A DNA stretch of 55,131 nt from contig CAZJEH010000001.1 in NCBI GenBank assembly GCA_964544905.1, positions 1 to 55,131 of the forward strand, read 5' to 3'. The stretch is from an uncultured Gemmatimonas sp. Its GTDB lineage: Bacteria > Gemmatimonadota > Gemmatimonadetes > Longimicrobiales > Longimicrobiaceae. The position numbers and the translations under genes were made by a program. Under the pieces are notes generated by a model. The model saw only the letters and a program-made list of their open reading frames with translations, had not been told where the DNA came from and ran no database searches. Shown here piece by piece: positions 38,249 through 48,701 of this stretch; position 1 is the first letter of the stretch; the number at the start of each line of letters is the position of its first letter.

Positions 38249-39061
38249 CTACTTCTGGCACTTCGGGCAGAAGAACGTCGAGCGACCGGCCTGCACGATC
38301 CGCCGGATGGGTGTCCCGCAATTGACGCACGGCTCTCCTTCCCGATCGTAGACCCGGAGGCGTGCAGCGAAGGCGCCTTCCTCCCCGTCCGCGTCCCGGT
38401 AGTCGAGCAGCGTCGTTCCGCGGAACTCGATCGACTCGTTCAGAACTTCCCGGATACCGGCGTGCAGCCTCTCCGCCTCGGGTCGCGTCAGGCGGCCAGC
38501 TGCCTTCCTGGGGTTCAGCCGGGCGCGAAAGAGGGCCTCATTCGCGTAGATGTTGCCGACCCCGACCACCCGGTTCTGGTCCATCAGCCAGGGCTTGATG
38601 GCCATGCGCGAACGGCGGGTGAGCGTGTGCAGCACCTGGGGAGTGAACTCGGGGGATAGCGGTTCCAGGCCGAGCTTTTCCGCTCGCGCCTCCCACGCCG
38701 CGGCGGGAAGCACTTCCAGCCGGCCGAATCGACGAACGTCCTGGTAGACCAGCCTTCGTCCGTCGGCCAGCGCGAAGCGAACGCCGGTGTAGGGTGGGTC
38801 GGGGGTCTTCCCGTCGAGGACCAGGGTCCGCCCGGTCATGCCGAGGTTGATGATCAGGCGGTCGCCATCGAGGCGGATGACGATGTTCTTCGCCCGACGG
38901 GAGATGTCCTCGATCCGAGCGTTCCGGAGTGACCGCACGAACGCGTCCGTCGGGCCGCCGATGAGGTCCGGCTTCAGCACTTCCACGTCCGTGATAGTTG
39001 CACCGCGGACGTGTCGCTGCAGCCCGCGTACGATCGTTTCGACCTCAGGAAGCTCAGGCAT
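38249..39061 (-). CDS. mutM: Formamidopyrimidine-DNA glycosylase
   Basis: MPELPEVETI N-terminus, H2TH region, C-terminal zinc finger CVNCGTPIRRIVQAGRSTFFCPKCQ. Confidence 0.94.
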   Translation of the reverse strand: MPELPEVETIVRGLQRHVRGATITDVEVLKPDLIGGPTDAFVRSLRNARIEDISRRAKNIVIRLDGDRLIINLGMTGRTLVLDGKTPDPPYTGVRFALADGRRLVYQDVRRFGRLEVLPAAAWEARAEKLGLEPLSPEFTPQVLHTLTRRSRMAIKPWLMDQNRVVGVGNIYANEALFRARLNPRKAAGRLTRPEAERLHAGIREVLNESIEFRGTTLLDYRDADGEEGAFAARLRVYDREGEPCVNCGTPIRRIVQAGRSTFFCPKCQK

Positions 39062-39063
39062 CG

Positions 39064-40347
39064 TCAGGTGGCCGTCGTGCGGGCGGCTTCGCGCCAGGCG
39101 ATATCCCGGCGATAGTACCGGTTGTCGAACGTGATCCGCTCGGCGGCCGACCGGCTCAGATCGGCCGCTCCCTGCACGTCCTCGGCGAGCGCGGTGACCG
39201 CCAGCACCCGTCCGCCGGAGGTCACGAGCCTCCCGTCGCGGATGGTCGTGCCGGCGTGGAAGATCCGGATCGAATCGTCTTCCTGGACGTCGGGGGGGAT
39301 GTGGATGGGGAAGCCCGTCTCGAACGCCCCCGGATAGCCGCGGGATGCGAGGATCGTCGTGACGGCAGCACCCGGGCGCCAGCGGAGGGCGTCCGCCCTC
39401 GCCAGAGTCCCGTCCAGCACGTGGGCGATGAGGTCGTAGAGCGAGCTCTCCAGCAACGGCAGGATGGCCTGAGCTTCGGGATCGCCGAAACGGGCGTTGA
39501 ACTCGACGACCTTCGGGCCGTCCGCGGTGATCATGAGCCCTGCATAGAGAACCCCGCGATAGGGACGCCCTTCCTCGGCCATCGCGGCGATGGCGGGCTG
39601 GAGGATCTCGCGATGAACCCGCTCCAGGAGCGGTTCGGTCGCGATGGAGACGGGCGCGTATGCCCCCATCCCCCCGGTGTTCGGCCCCGTATCGCCTTCC
39701 CCGATCCGTTTGTGATCCTGCGCGGGCAGGAGCGTGACGATGGCCTGCCCGTCGCTGATCGCGAAGACCGACAGCTCCTCACCCTCCATGAACTCCTCGA
39801 CCACGACCTGCTCTCCGGCCGAGCCGAACGCACCCCCGAAGATCTGATTGATCGCCCGAACCGCTTCATCGGTCGTTTCGCAGACGATCGCGCCTTTGCC
39901 GGCAGCCAGGCCCGAGGCCTTGACGACCGTCCGTCCACCCATCTCCACGACGTGGGCGATCGCGGAGCCGGGCTCGGTGAAAACCTCGAAGCTGGCCGTG
40001 GGGATGCCGTGCCGCTGCATCAGCCGCTTGGCGAAGGACTTCGAGCTCTCGATTTCGGCCGCCGCCGCAGTGGGACCGAACGCCGGCACCCCCCTGGCGG
40101 CGAAATGATCGACGATCCCGAGAGCCAGCGGCAGGTCCGGTCCGACGACCGCGAGGTCGATCCGTTCCTCGATCGCCCACCCAGCGAGGGCCTGCAATTC
40201 TGTGGCGTCGAGCGGCACGGCCGTCGCCAGTCCGGCGGTCCCGCCATTCCCGCGAGTGATGAAGAACTCCGCCTCGGGCACGTCGTGGTGGAGCTTCCAG
40301 AGCAGGGCGTGCTCACGCCCGCCGTTCCCGACGATAAGGATCCGCAT
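39064..40347 (-). CDS. purD: Phosphoribosylamine--glycine ligase
   Basis: MRILIVGNGGREHALLWKL, VVKASGLAAGKG, EEFMEGEELSVFAISDG, YAGLMIT..GPKVVEFNARFGDPE. Confidence 0.95.
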   Translation of the reverse strand: MRILIVGNGGREHALLWKLHHDVPEAEFFITRGNGGTAGLATAVPLDATELQALAGWAIEERIDLAVVGPDLPLALGIVDHFAARGVPAFGPTAAAAEIESSKSFAKRLMQRHGIPTASFEVFTEPGSAIAHVVEMGGRTVVKASGLAAGKGAIVCETTDEAVRAINQIFGGAFGSAGEQVVVEEFMEGEELSVFAISDGQAIVTLLPAQDHKRIGEGDTGPNTGGMGAYAPVSIATEPLLERVHREILQPAIAAMAEEGRPYRGVLYAGLMITADGPKVVEFNARFGDPEAQAILPLLESSLYDLIAHVLDGTLARADALRWRPGAAVTTILASRGYPGAFETGFPIHIPPDVQEDDSIRIFHAGTTIRDGRLVTSGGRVLAVTALAEDVQGAADLSRSAAERITFDNRYYRRDIAWREAARTTAT

Positions 40348-40355
40348 ACTTCCGT

Positions 40356-41525
40356 TCAGAGTGTCGCGAGGGCCTGGTCGAGGTCAGCGATGAGATCGGC
40401 GGTGTCCTCGACTCCGCAGGAGAGTCGCACCAGCCCATCCGTGATGCCCAGCCGCCGCCGCGCCTCGGCCGGGACCGATGCGTGCGTCATCGAAGCCGGG
40501 TGCCCGATGAGACTCTCCACCCCGCCCAGCGACTCCGCCAGCGAGAAGACCCGGACGGACTCGACCAGCCGCCGCGCGTTCTCCCGCGAGCCCACGTCGA
40601 TCGAGATCATCCCGGTAAAACCCTGCATCTGACGACGCGCAAGCTCGTGCTGAGGGTGGGACGCCAACCCGGGGTAATGGACCTGGATCACCCGTGGGTG
40701 CGCTTCCAGCCACTCAGCGACCCGCTGGCCGTTCTCGTTGTGCGCCCGCATTCGCAGGTGGAGCGTCTTCGTGCCCCGCAGAGCGAGCCAGCAGTCGAAC
40801 GGGCCCGGTACAGCGCCGGAGGCATTCTGGATGAAGCGCAGCCGGTCGTGCAGTCCATCCTCACGGACGACGAGCAGCCCGCCGACCATGTCCGAGTGTC
40901 CGTTGATGTACTTCGTCGTCGAATGTAGGACGATGTCCGCACCGAGTGTCAGCGGCCGCTGGTTGTACGGTGAGGCAAAGGTGTTGTCGACGCTCAATAA
41001 GGCACCGCTGGAATGCGCGATTTCCGCCGCCTCCCGGATATCGCACAGACGCATCATCGGGTTGGTCGGCGTCTCGATGTGGATCAGGCGCGTTTCTGGC
41101 CTGACGGCCGCCGCGATCGCTGCCGGGTCGTCCGAATCGACGAAGGTGAATTCGAGACCCAGCCGGGCGAAGATCTGGTCGAAGAGACGGTAGCTTCCGC
41201 CGTAGATTCCCTCGCCGGAGACGACGTGATCCCCGCGCGAGAGAAGCTTCGCGACAGCGTCGAGGGCCGCGATGCCGGAGGCGAAGGCGATGCCGTGAAG
41301 GCCGTCCTCGAGCGCGGCGACATTGCGCTCCAGCGCTTCGCGGGTGGGGTTCTGTGTGCGCCCGTATTCGTACCCGAGGTGTCTGCCCAGCTCCGGCTGA
41401 ACGAACGTGGAGGTCTGGTAGATCGGCGTCATGATGGCGCCGGTGGAGGGGTCCGGACGCTGACCCGCATGCACGGCCAGGGTCCCGAAGCCCCTCTCCA
41501 CGTGCTCGACTGCTCGGTCCTTCAA
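40356..41525 (-). CDS. Cys/Met-metabolism PLP enzyme (cystathionine gamma-synthase / beta-lyase family)
   Basis: FGTLAVHAGQ, YGRTQNPT, STTKYINGHSDMVGG (PLP Lys), SLGGVESL. The ORF extends to 41657 but its first ~45 codons are unlike protein. TTG 41525 has GAGG 7 nt upstream; GTG 41501 is an alternative start. Confidence 0.86.
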   Translation of the reverse strand: MKDRAVEHVERGFGTLAVHAGQRPDPSTGAIMTPIYQTSTFVQPELGRHLGYEYGRTQNPTREALERNVAALEDGLHGIAFASGIAALDAVAKLLSRGDHVVSGEGIYGGSYRLFDQIFARLGLEFTFVDSDDPAAIAAAVRPETRLIHIETPTNPMMRLCDIREAAEIAHSSGALLSVDNTFASPYNQRPLTLGADIVLHSTTKYINGHSDMVGGLLVVREDGLHDRLRFIQNASGAVPGPFDCWLALRGTKTLHLRMRAHNENGQRVAEWLEAHPRVIQVHYPGLASHPQHELARRQMQGFTGMISIDVGSRENARRLVESVRVFSLAESLGGVESLIGHPASMTHASVPAEARRRLGITDGLVRLSCGVEDTADLIADLDQALATL

Positions 41526-41789
41526 GTCGCTACCTCGGGTAGTAAAAGCGAGTTCGACACGCGCCGGGCGCGATCGGAATCGGTGGCGTGGAGCCAGAGA
41601 CGGCGCCCGATCCGACGCCGGCGCGCTCCGGAGGGCCTTCGCCCCGCTGACCGCCAAGATAACCGCGGGTGGCTTGGACCGGCAAAAGCGTGCTTGCTGT
41701 GCCCCGGCGGCGCGCTCTACATTCGCCCGGCCGAGGGTCTACGGCTACGCCGGATCCGCGGACCTGAATCACGAATCTACTGAGGTTCC

Positions 41790-43160
41790 TTGTTGGATAC
41801 GACCAACCTGATGGTGGGTGTCTCCGGCGTACGCGGCCGCGTCGGGGAGGGGCTCACGCCTGAGATCGTGGCGCATTTCGCGGCCGCGTTCGGCCGCTTC
41901 GCGATCGCCGAAACGGGCAAACGTGAGGTCGTCCTGGGCCGCGACTCCCGCGTGTCGGGCCCGATGTTTGCCGCCGCCGCGACCGCAGGTCTTCAATCCG
42001 TAGGCGCTACCGTCATCGACATCGGGATCGCGCCAACGCCGACGGTCCAGCTTGCCGTCGAGGATGCGGCCGCGGCGGGGGGCCTGGCCGTGACCGCCAG
42101 CCACAATCCGATCGAGTGGAACGCCCTGAAGTTCATCGGGGCGGACGGAATGTTCCTCGACGCCGAGCAGGGAGCTCGCATGCGCGCGGGGATCGGCACC
42201 GACATCCCGCGGGTAGGATGGCGGGATCTCGGCATGCGCCGGGAGGACCATGGCGCCGTAGACCGCCATCTCCAGCGCGTCCTGGCCATTCCGTTCCTCG
42301 ACGTCGAGAGGATTCGTGCCCGCCGGTTCACCGTTGCTCTCGACTGTGTCCGCGGCGCGGGTGGCCCGATCTTCTCGCGCCTGCTCGAGCAGCTCGGTTG
42401 TCGAGTCACGGGCATCAACCTGGAAGCCGACGGGCGTTTTCCGCGTGAGCCGGAGCCAATCGCCGCGAACCTCGGCGAGCTGGAGACGCTCGTACGCCGG
42501 ATCGGCGCGGACGTCGGCTTCGCCACCGATCCGGACGCCGATCGCCTCTCCCTGGTCGGCCCGGGCGGACGTGCGCTCGGCGAGGATTACACCCTGGCGC
42601 TCGCCGCACGGCTGGTGCTGCGACACCGCCCCGGCACGGTGGTGACGAATCTGTCCACGAGCCGTCTCCTGGACGACGTTGCGGAGCGGGCCGGGGTGCG
42701 CCTCGATCGATCGCCGGTGGGCGAGATCAACGTCGCGCGAAGAATGCAGGCGGTCGGGGCCACCGTCGGTGGCGAGGGGAACGGCGGTGTCATCCTGCCG
42801 GACGTCCACCTCGCCAGGGACGCACCCGTGGCCGCGGCGCTCATCCTGCAACTGCTCGCCGAGGAGGACCGTTCACTGGACGTCCTGGCCGCGGAGATCG
42901 GCAGCTACGCGATCGTGAAGGAGAAACTGCCTCGTCCGTCAGCCTCCCTCGACTCGACCTACGAGGTGCTGGCGGCACGGCTGGCGGCCCCCGAAGTAGA
43001 TCGCCAGGACGGCCTGCGGCTCTCGTGGCCGGCCGAGCGTCGTTGGGCCCACCTTCGGCCCTCCGGCACGGAGCCGATCGTTCGAATCATCGCCGAAGCG
43101 CCGACGGAGAGTGACGCGCAGGAGTTGGTGCGTTCGCTCCGTGAAGCGCTCCCCCGCTAG
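41790..43160 (+). CDS. glmM: Phosphoglucosamine mutase / phosphomannomutase family protein
   Basis: GVSGVRG, VTASHNP (phosphoserine loop), FATDPDADR, GGEGNGG. Position directly upstream of glmS. TTG start at 41790, or ATG at 41811. Confidence 0.82.
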   Translation: MLDTTNLMVGVSGVRGRVGEGLTPEIVAHFAAAFGRFAIAETGKREVVLGRDSRVSGPMFAAAATAGLQSVGATVIDIGIAPTPTVQLAVEDAAAAGGLAVTASHNPIEWNALKFIGADGMFLDAEQGARMRAGIGTDIPRVGWRDLGMRREDHGAVDRHLQRVLAIPFLDVERIRARRFTVALDCVRGAGGPIFSRLLEQLGCRVTGINLEADGRFPREPEPIAANLGELETLVRRIGADVGFATDPDADRLSLVGPGGRALGEDYTLALAARLVLRHRPGTVVTNLSTSRLLDDVAERAGVRLDRSPVGEINVARRMQAVGATVGGEGNGGVILPDVHLARDAPVAAALILQLLAEEDRSLDVLAAEIGSYAIVKEKLPRPSASLDSTYEVLAARLAAPEVDRQDGLRLSWPAERRWAHLRPSGTEPIVRIIAEAPTESDAQELVRSLREALPR

Positions 43161-43189
43161 CCGGCGCACCACATCAGTCGAGAAAACCC

Positions 43190-45043
43190 ATGTGCGGGAT
43201 CGTTGGATACATAGGCAACAGAGACGCCGCCTCGGTGCTGATCGACGGCCTGAAGCGGCTCGAGTACCGCGGGTACGACTCGGCGGGTGTGGCGGTCGTG
43301 CGCAACGGGACAGTGGATGTCCGGAAGGAGGCCGGCAAGATCACCCAGCTCGAGTTGGCGTTGGAGGCCGAGCCGGTTGTAGGCGACTACGGTATCGGCC
43401 ACACGCGATGGGCGACCCACGGCGCTCCCACCGACCGGAACGCTCACCCTCACGTGTCCGAAAAGGGTGATTTCGCCCTCGTTCACAACGGCATCATCGA
43501 GAACGCGGACATCCTGCGCCGGCGTCTGCGTGAGCGCGGCCACACCTTCACGTCGGAGACCGATACCGAGGTTCTCGTTCACCTCATCGAAGAGGTCTAC
43601 GACGAAGGCGGCGGACGGGCTGGCGACGCCCTCGAGCGCGCGGTGGAGGCGGCCCTTCGGCAGGTGGAGGGAACCTACGGGATCGCCGTCGTGTCGACCC
43701 GGGACCCCGAGAAGATTGTCGTCGCCCGGCTCGGCAGCCCGCTCCTGATCGGCGTGGGTACCAACGGGGAGACCTTCGTGGCTTCGGACGCGGCGGCCAT
43801 CATCGCTCACACGCGCGACGTCGTCTACCTCGATGACGGCGACATGGCCACGATCACGCGGAAAGGCTACACCGTCCATCGCGGCGGCATCGGCCCGGTC
43901 GAACGGCCAATCAACAGGGTCGAGTGGGATCTGGGAGAGGTAGAGCGTGGCGGCTACCCGCATTTCATGCTCAAGGAGATCATGGAGCAGCCGCAGACGC
44001 TCCGTGAGACGATGCGGGGCCGCCTGCTCGAGGAGGAGGGCAACGTAAAACTGGGTGGCCTGACCGGCATGGATGAGGAGTTGAAGGCCATCCGGCGCGT
44101 CATCATCCTCGGGTGCGGGACGTCGTGGCACAGTGGCCTCATCGGCGAATACATGCTGGAGGACATCGCGAGGATTCCGACGGAAGTCGAGTACGCGTCC
44201 GAGTTCCGCTACCGCCGCCCGGTCGTCGAGCCGCAGACCCTGGCGATCGCCATCTCCCAGTCGGGTGAGACCGCGGACACGCTGTGGGCGATGCGCGAAG
44301 CGAAGCAGCAGGGCGCTACGCTGCTGGGTATCGTCAACGTCGTGGGGTCCACGATCGCGCGCGAGACCGACGCGGGGATCTATCTCCACGCAGGTCCCGA
44401 GATCGGCGTCGCGTCGACCAAGGCATTCACGTCCCAGGTCGTGGTTCTCGCGATGCTGACGGTTCACCTCGGCCGGCTGCGCGGCACGCTGTCCGCGACC
44501 CGGGCGCGCGAGATCGTAAAGGCCATCGGCAGGCTCCCCGAACAGGTCGCGGAGATCCTCGAGCTGGACCCGGCGATCATCGAGTTGGCGAAGGCCTACA
44601 AGGACCATCCGAACTTCCTCTACCTCGGACGCGGCTACAACTTCCCCGCCGCGCTCGAAGGTGCGCTGAAGCTCAAGGAGATCTCCTACATCCACGCGGA
44701 AGGGTACCCCGCCGCCGAGATGAAGCACGGCCCGATCGCACTGATCGACGAGAACATGCCGGTCGTCGTGATCGCTCCGCGGGACGGCGTCTACGAGAAG
44801 GTCCGCTCCAACATCGAGGAGGTCAAAGCCCGTGGCGGCCGGGTCATCGCGGTCATTACGGAGGGAGACGCGGAGCTGCGAGAGTACGCGGATCACGTCA
44901 TCCAGATTCCGCGGACTCACGATTCCCTGACGCCGGTGCTGGCGACCGTGCCGCTCCAGCTTCTGGCGTACCACATCGCCGTTCTGCGCGGTTGTGATGT
45001 CGATCAGCCGCGGAACCTCGCGAAGTCGGTGACCGTGGAGTGA
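43190..45043 (+). CDS. glmS: Glutamine--fructose-6-phosphate aminotransferase
   Basis: [10 protein letters not shown]-terminal nucleophile, two SIS domains, C-terminal [15 protein letters not shown]. Confidence 0.97.
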   Translation: MCGIVGYIGNRDAASVLIDGLKRLEYRGYDSAGVAVVRNGTVDVRKEAGKITQLELALEAEPVVGDYGIGHTRWATHGAPTDRNAHPHVSEKGDFALVHNGIIENADILRRRLRERGHTFTSETDTEVLVHLIEEVYDEGGGRAGDALERAVEAALRQVEGTYGIAVVSTRDPEKIVVARLGSPLLIGVGTNGETFVASDAAAIIAHTRDVVYLDDGDMATITRKGYTVHRGGIGPVERPINRVEWDLGEVERGGYPHFMLKEIMEQPQTLRETMRGRLLEEEGNVKLGGLTGMDEELKAIRRVIILGCGTSWHSGLIGEYMLEDIARIPTEVEYASEFRYRRPVVEPQTLAIAISQSGETADTLWAMREAKQQGATLLGIVNVVGSTIARETDAGIYLHAGPEIGVASTKAFTSQVVVLAMLTVHLGRLRGTLSATRAREIVKAIGRLPEQVAEILELDPAIIELAKAYKDHPNFLYLGRGYNFPAALEGALKLKEISYIHAEGYPAAEMKHGPIALIDENMPVVVIAPRDGVYEKVRSNIEEVKARGGRVIAVITEGDAELREYADHVIQIPRTHDSLTPVLATVPLQLLAYHIAVLRGCDVDQPRNLAKSVTVE

Positions 45044-45477
45044 GGGTCGTCCTGCAGCGCGTCAGCCGCGCCGAAGTCAGGATCGCGGGGAAGGTGGTCG
45101 GCCGGATCGGTCGGGGCTTTCTCCTGCTCGTCGGCTTTCGCCGCGAGGATGGACCGGCCACGATCGAGTGGATGGCGGACAGGATCCGCGGCCTCCGCGT
45201 CTTCCCGGACAATGCGGGGAAGATGAACCTTTCGCTCGATGACGTCCGGGGAGAGCTGCTCGTCGTTTCCCAGTTCACGCTGTACGGCGATACCCGCAAG
45301 GGCCGGAGGCCAAGCTTCGTCGAGGCCGCACCGCCGGAGATCGCCATACCACTCTACGAGGCCTTCATCGAGACCCTGCGGAACAGCGGGTGCACCGTTG
45401 CCACCGGCGAGTTCGGCGCCATGATGGAGGTGGACCTCGTCAACGACGGCCCGGTGACTCTGATCCTCGAACGATAG
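45040..45477 (+). CDS. dtd: D-aminoacyl-tRNA deacylase
   Basis: [37 protein letters not shown] overlap with glmS. Confidence 0.93.
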   Translation: MRVVLQRVSRAEVRIAGKVVGRIGRGFLLLVGFRREDGPATIEWMADRIRGLRVFPDNAGKMNLSLDDVRGELLVVSQFTLYGDTRKGRRPSFVEAAPPEIAIPLYEAFIETLRNSGCTVATGEFGAMMEVDLVNDGPVTLILER

Positions 45478-45529
45478 CGATGACAACAGCCATGGAAGGG
45501 CGCCTCACGGCCGGCACGGCCCACGGTTC

Positions 45530-46153
45530 ATGACCCAGCAACCCCGCCTGATTCTCGCTTCGCGATCCGCCCGACGGGCCGAGCTCCTCAGCCGGCTCGG
45601 TCTGGTCTTCGAGATCGTTCCCGCGGATGTCGACGAGACCTACATCGACCACGAGATGCCGGCTGCTCACGCCGAGCGGCTCGCCCGGGAAAAGGCCATC
45701 ACCGTCGCCCTGGAGCACCCCGGCGCGGTAGTGATCGGCTCGGATACCATCGTCATCCTGGACTCGGACGTCCTGGGCAAGCCCCGCGACGAGGCGGAAG
45801 CCATCCGCATGCTCCGCCGGCTCTCCGGGCGTGAGCACGAGGTCTACACGGGTGTCGCCGTCGCGCGGGATTCGATGGTGGTCTCGGGGCTGGAGCGCGT
45901 GTCCGTCCGCTTCCGCCACCTCGACCAACTCGAGTGTGAGGAGTACGCCGCGACCGGCGAGCCGATGGACAAGGCCGGAGCGTACGGCATCCAGGGATAC
46001 GGTTCGGCGCTGGTGGAATCCATCCGCGGCGACTACTTCGCGGTGATGGGGCTTCCCGTTGTCCGCACGCTTTCCCTGCTGAGCCGTGCCGGCTGGCGTT
46101 ACGGCTTCGGGAAGGGTCTCCAACCCGTGCCCGACGGAACAGGGCGCGGGTGA
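45530..46153 (+). CDS. maf: Maf-like nucleoside triphosphate pyrophosphatase
   Basis: LILASRSARRAELL, GSDTIV, GKP, KAGAYGIQG. Confidence 0.9.
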   Translation: MTQQPRLILASRSARRAELLSRLGLVFEIVPADVDETYIDHEMPAAHAERLAREKAITVALEHPGAVVIGSDTIVILDSDVLGKPRDEAEAIRMLRRLSGREHEVYTGVAVARDSMVVSGLERVSVRFRHLDQLECEEYAATGEPMDKAGAYGIQGYGSALVESIRGDYFAVMGLPVVRTLSLLSRAGWRYGFGKGLQPVPDGTGRG

Positions 46154-47679
46154 TGGGCGGCGCCGCTTCCAGCACCTCGAGCGGCCGGATGCTCCTGGCG
46201 ATCGACGCCGGTACCACCGGGGTCAGGGGCATGGTCATCGACGCCAACGGCTCGGTGCGAGGGCGCGGATACCGCGAGATCACCCAGTACTTCCCGCAAC
46301 CCGGGTGGGTTGAGCACGACGCCGACGAGATCTGGTCCGCCACCCGGGAGGCGGTGAACGATGCCGCCGAATCGGCTGGCGTGTCCCTCGAGTCGCTGGC
46401 GGGAATCGGAATCACCAACCAGCGGGAAACGGTGGTGGTCTGGGATCGGGCCACAGGCCGCCCGGTTCATCGCGCGATCGTGTGGCAGGACCGGCGCACC
46501 GCCGATTTCTGTCGATCACTCCTGGAGGAAGGGGCGGAGACGGATATCCGTTCCCGGACCGGGCTTGTCGTCGATCCCTACTTCAGCGCCACGAAGCTCA
46601 CCTGGCTGCTGGAGCATGTGCCCGGACTGCGTGCCAGGGCTGAGGCTGGCGAACTCGCGGCGGGGACCATCGACACCTGGCTGATCTGGAAGCTCACCGG
46701 CGGCCGCCTGCACATCACCGAGCCCACCAACGCTTCCCGGACGCTGCTGTTCAACATCGACCAGCGAGCGTGGGACCCGGCGTTGCTCGGCCGTTTCGGC
46801 GTACCCGCCTCGCTGCTCCCGGAAGTCCGCGGCTCCAGCGAGGTTTACGGGACGAGCGCCGGGTCGGAGTTCGGAGCCGAGTTGCCCATCGCCGGCGCGG
46901 CGGGTGACCAGCAGGCGGCCCTGTTCGGGCAGGGTTGCTGGACCTCCGGCCTCGGCAAGAACACCTACGGTACGGGCGCTTTCCTCCTCCTTCACACCGG
47001 CGACCAGCGGGTAGCTTCGGAGCACGGTCTGCTGACCACCGTAGCCTGTGGTCCGCGCGGCGAATACGCGTACGCCCTCGAAGGTGCCATCTTCATCGCC
47101 GGGGCGGCCGTCCAGTGGTTGCGCGACGGGCTTGGCGTCATCGCGTCGGCTCCCGAGACCGAACAACTCGCCCGCTCGCTCGAGTCCAACGACGGCGTCT
47201 ACTTCGTTCCCGCGTTCACCGGCCTCGGCGCCCCGCACTGGGAGGTCGCTGCCCGCGGAACCATCGTCGGGCTCACCCGCGGTACGGGGACTGCCCACCT
47301 CGCCCGGGCGGCGCTGGAAGCGATGGCCCACTCGACGTACGAAGTGGTGCGCGCCATGGAGGCCGACAGCGGCATCATCCTCCGGGAGCTCCGCGTCGAC
47401 GGCGGAGCCGCCAGCAACGGATGGATGATGCAGTTTCAGTCCGATCTCCTCGGCGTAACCGTGCATCGCCCCGCGATGATCGAGACCACGGCGTACGGCG
47501 CGGCAGGACTGGCCGGACTCGCGCTGGGCATCTGGAGAACGCCGGAAGACTTCCTCGCCGCGCGCGCAGAGCCCACGCTCTTCCACCCCGCCATGACCAC
47601 CGACGAGCGGGAACGACACCTGCGCGGTTGGAACCGAGCCGTCTCCGCCGCGCGAACCTGGGCCGCAGAGTTGCCATGA
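46150..47679 (+). CDS. glpK: Glycerol kinase
   Basis: LLAIDAGTTGVRG, GITNQRETVVVWD, VWQDRRT, GDQQAALFGQ, DGGAS.NGWMMQFQSDLLG. The start is either GTG 46150 (GTGA overlap with maf) or ATG 46189. Confidence 0.94.
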   Translation: MMGGAASSTSSGRMLLAIDAGTTGVRGMVIDANGSVRGRGYREITQYFPQPGWVEHDADEIWSATREAVNDAAESAGVSLESLAGIGITNQRETVVVWDRATGRPVHRAIVWQDRRTADFCRSLLEEGAETDIRSRTGLVVDPYFSATKLTWLLEHVPGLRARAEAGELAAGTIDTWLIWKLTGGRLHITEPTNASRTLLFNIDQRAWDPALLGRFGVPASLLPEVRGSSEVYGTSAGSEFGAELPIAGAAGDQQAALFGQGCWTSGLGKNTYGTGAFLLLHTGDQRVASEHGLLTTVACGPRGEYAYALEGAIFIAGAAVQWLRDGLGVIASAPETEQLARSLESNDGVYFVPAFTGLGAPHWEVAARGTIVGLTRGTGTAHLARAALEAMAHSTYEVVRAMEADSGIILRELRVDGGAASNGWMMQFQSDLLGVTVHRPAMIETTAYGAAGLAGLALGIWRTPEDFLAARAEPTLFHPAMTTDERERHLRGWNRAVSAARTWAAELP

Positions 47680-47996
47680 TCATCGAGACGATCCTGACCG
47701 CCAGCCTACTCGCGGCCGGGCCGGTCGACACCGTGCCGGACCCGTTCTTCGCCGAGGACAAGATGAAGCACTTCGTGACCAGCTTTGTGGTCGGCTCGCT
47801 GGCAGGAACGGGCGCGCGCGTGGCCGGGCTCGATCGGAACGAAAGCGTCATCGTTGGCGCGAGCTTCACGGTGTCCGCAGGGGTGGTGAAGGAGATCACG
47901 GATCGCCGGCGCGGACAGTTCTTCTCGATCAAGGATCTGTTCTGGGATCTGGCGGGTGCGGGGCTCGCGTTCCTGCTGCTTGCCAACGTGCGGTGA
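47676..47996 (+). CDS. Small DUF2279/YfiM-like membrane-associated protein
   Basis: ATGA overlap with glpK. EDKMKHFVTSFVVGSLAG, VVKEITD, FSIKDLFWDLAGAGLAF resemble the YfiM/DUF2279 pattern as I remember it. Confidence 0.45.
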   Translation: MIIETILTASLLAAGPVDTVPDPFFAEDKMKHFVTSFVVGSLAGTGARVAGLDRNESVIVGASFTVSAGVVKEITDRRRGQFFSIKDLFWDLAGAGLAFLLLANVR

Positions 47997-48202
47997 GCGG
48001 CCTCAGGGAGACATTTGTTTCCGCGAGCGCAACATTTCGCCGCCGGCCGGGTAGCAACCCCCCGAATCACCCTTTGCTCTGTCGCGTTCGACCTTGGTCG
48101 GGAAGGCGTCTGGTTGGTCGGCGGTCCGGACTGTATTCTTTCGACGCGATGAGCCGCGGCGGGCGCCGCGCCTCTCGAGATAGCTTGACAAGGAGCTAGA
48201 GA

Positions 48203-48637
48203 ATGAAGCGGACGTGGTTCTTCCTGCTCGGAGCGATGATCGTCGCGGCGGTCGCTCAACCGGCGCACGCCCAGGCGAACGGATCGGCTTCCCCTGCCGC
48301 TACCATCTGGGATGGCGTGTACACGCCGGAGCAGGCGGATCGGGGCAAGGCGATCGCGGCGGACAACTGCTCCGCGTGTCACTCGACCGCCGAATGGGGC
48401 AGTTCGGCCTTCATGAGCCGCTGGTCGGGGGCCTCGATTGCCTACCTGTTCGCCCACATTTCCGAGAACATGCCCTACGATGCTCCGGGGCGCCTCACCG
48501 AGCAGCAGTACGCGGACATCGTGGCGTACATGCTCTCCCTGAACAACGTGCCGGCGGGTGAACGGGAGTTGCCGACCAAGCTTGCCGAGCTGGAGCCGAT
48601 CCAGTTCACCGCGCAGGCACAGGCCCGAGCTCAGTAG
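48203..48637 (+). CDS. Secreted mono-haem c-type cytochrome
   Basis: Signal peptide MKRTWFFLLGAMIVAAVAQPAHA, a single CSACH haem-binding motif, and a distal Met region (ENMPYD). Confidence 0.8.
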   Translation: MKRTWFFLLGAMIVAAVAQPAHAQANGSASPAATIWDGVYTPEQADRGKAIAADNCSACHSTAEWGSSAFMSRWSGASIAYLFAHISENMPYDAPGRLTEQQYADIVAYMLSLNNVPAGERELPTKLAELEPIQFTAQAQARAQ

Positions 48638-48668
48638 GGTTCGGGAGAACCGCCCGCTGACATAGTTG

Positions 48669-48701
48669 GAGCGCGCTGAAACGGCGCGCTCTTTCGTTTT
48701 T
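48669..48701 (+). terminator. Rho-independent terminator after the cytochrome c gene
   Basis: gagcgcgc-tgaaacg-gcgcgctc (8-bp GC stem, 7-nt loop) followed by tttcgttttt, 32 nt after the stop codon. Confidence 0.75.

Noticed and set aside
43161-43189. Possible glmS ribozyme upstream of glmS.
   Set aside because: Only 29 nt separate glmM and glmS, far too short for the roughly 170-nt ribozyme. The genes look co-transcribed.
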